Below are positions 62,925 through 64,000 of a stretch of DNA of 64,000 nt, in pieces. Origin of the DNA: an uncultured Dehalococcoidaceae bacterium (GTDB lineage: Bacteria > Chloroflexota > Dehalococcoidia > UBA2979); contig CAZMCK010000002.1 of assembly GCA_964565075.1 (NCBI GenBank), forward strand, positions 27,603 through 91,602. The letters are read 5' to 3'. The notes beneath the pieces were generated by a model that did no database searches, had not been told where the DNA came from, and worked only from the letters and a program-made list of their open reading frames with translations. Position numbers and translations under genes: made by a program. How positions within the stretch are numbered: the stretch's first letter is position 1; each line of letters opens with the position of its first letter.

Positions 62925-64000
62925 ATGTCGGGGACCCCGAGCTTCCTGTCCAGCGTCATGGAGCAGTTCGACCGTGCCGCCGGGTATTCGAACCTGCCCC
63001 CCGGACTCATCAACCAGGTCCGCTCCTGTAACTCCGTCTACCACCTCCGCTTCCCGGTCGAACTCGAGGACGGCAGGATCGAAGTCGTCGAGGCGTACCG
63101 GGCCGAGCACAGCCACCACCGCCTCCCGACCAAGGGCGGCCTCCGCGTCAGCACCGACATCACCGAGGACGAGGTCACGGCGCTCGCGGCGCTGATGACC
63201 TTCAAGTGCGCAGTCGTCGAGGTGCCCTTCGGCGGGGCGAAAGGCGGGATCTGCTTCGACCCGCACGCGCCGGAAGCGGTGCGCCGCCGCGTCATCCGCC
63301 GCTACACCGCCGAGCTCATCGAGAAGAACTTCGTCGGCCCCGGCGTCGACGTGCCCGCGCCCGACTACGGCACCGGCGAGCAGGAGATGGGCTGGATCGC
63401 CGACACCTACCGGGCGCTCCGCGGCGCGGACCTCGACGCCTGGGGCTGTGTCACCGGGAAGCCGGTGACCCTGCACGGCATTCCCGGCCGCATCGAGGCG
63501 ACGGGACTGGGCGTCTACTACGGGATCTCCGAGGTGGTGGCCGACCCGGAAGAGATGGCGAAGCTGGGCCTTGCGGCAGGCACCGAGGGCAAGCGGGTCA
63601 TCGTGCAGGGGCTGGGCAACGTCGGCTCGCACGCCGCCGCCTGCCTCCAGGACGAGGGTGGCGCCACCATCGTCGGCATCGCGGAGATCGACGGCGGCAT
63701 CTACAACCCCGACGGCCTCGACGTGGGCGCCGTTCTCGCCCACCACGCCGAGCGGGGCTCGATCCTCGACTTCCCCGGCGCGACGAACGTCCCGACGTGG
63801 CAAGAGACGATCGAGATGGACTGCGACATCCTCGTGCCCGCCGCGGTCGAAGGCGCCATCACCGCCGCGAATGCGTCCCGCATCCGGGCGCGCATCATCG
63901 CCGAGGCGGCCAACGGCCCCGTCTACTCAGACGCCGAGCCGATCCTCGCGGAGATGGGGACGCTGCTCATCCCCGACGTCTGGCTGAACGCGGGAGGCGT
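62925..64000 (+). CDS. Glu/Leu/Phe/Val dehydrogenase family (glutamate dehydrogenase-like), 3'-truncated by the window edge
   Basis: ATG at 62925 after GGAGGG. The frame stays open to the window end. Motifs KGGLR, GGAKGG and the NAD-binding GLGNVG. Absent from the ORF track because no stop falls in the window. Confidence 0.85.
   Translation, partial: MSGTPSFLSSVMEQFDRAAGYSNLPPGLINQVRSCNSVYHLRFPVELEDGRIEVVEAYRAEHSHHRLPTKGGLRVSTDITEDEVTALAALMTFKCAVVEVPFGGAKGGICFDPHAPEAVRRRVIRRYTAELIEKNFVGPGVDVPAPDYGTGEQEMGWIADTYRALRGADLDAWGCVTGKPVTLHGIPGRIEATGLGVYYGISEVVADPEEMAKLGLAAGTEGKRVIVQGLGNVGSHAAACLQDEGGATIVGIAEIDGGIYNPDGLDVGAVLAHHAERGSILDFPGATNVPTWQETIEMDCDILVPAAVEGAITAANASRIRARIIAEAANGPVYSDAEPILAEMGTLLIPDVWLNAGG

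Overview
High-GC (~70%) bacterial chromosomal segment with strongly GC3-biased codons, frequent GTG/TTG starts and GGAGG-type ribosome-binding sites, suggesting an actinobacterial or Chloroflexi-like organism. About 65 genes are present.

Housekeeping genes: hflX (5'-partial at the window edge), smpB with an adjacent tmRNA, ribBA, rarA, bcp, an S41 C-terminal processing protease and a 3'-partial glutamate dehydrogenase.

Accessory content:
- A four-gene aerobic molybdenum hydroxylase operon (FAD subunit, 2Fe-2S subunit, two tandem large-subunit paralogs) followed by a MoaD/CysO-like sulfur carrier.
- A 2-oxoacid:ferredoxin oxidoreductase.
- Dense acyl-CoA metabolism: four crotonase paralogs, three family-III CoA-transferases (two of them tandem 810-aa double-domain fusions), an acyl-CoA dehydrogenase, an SCP-x thiolase with a DUF35 partner, a MaoC hotdog pair, SDRs, AKR, MDR and an F420-type LLM.
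- Three MFS transporters and one SSF symporter.
- A YeeE/YedE-TusA-rhodanese sulfur-trafficking operon.
- Four type II toxin-antitoxin pairs.

The most notable item is a UGSC-family selenoprotein gene whose in-frame TGA (at 40313-40315) splits it into two ORFs in the supplied track. It is translationally coupled to a 523-aa thioredoxin-fold fusion protein of unknown function.

Also noteworthy:
- A near-identical 18-nt motif upstream of both the Mo-hydroxylase operon and the SSF symporter.
- TACAATCG -10-like boxes about 40 nt upstream of three paralogous genes.
- An 11-nt direct repeat (CTACATAACAG) flanking a 1.2-kb two-gene segment, which also resembles the tag-proximal segment of the tmRNA.

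No CRISPR array, transposase, integrase, rRNA or tRNA gene was recognised. Many long ORFs in the track are antisense or alternate-frame artefacts of the high GC content.
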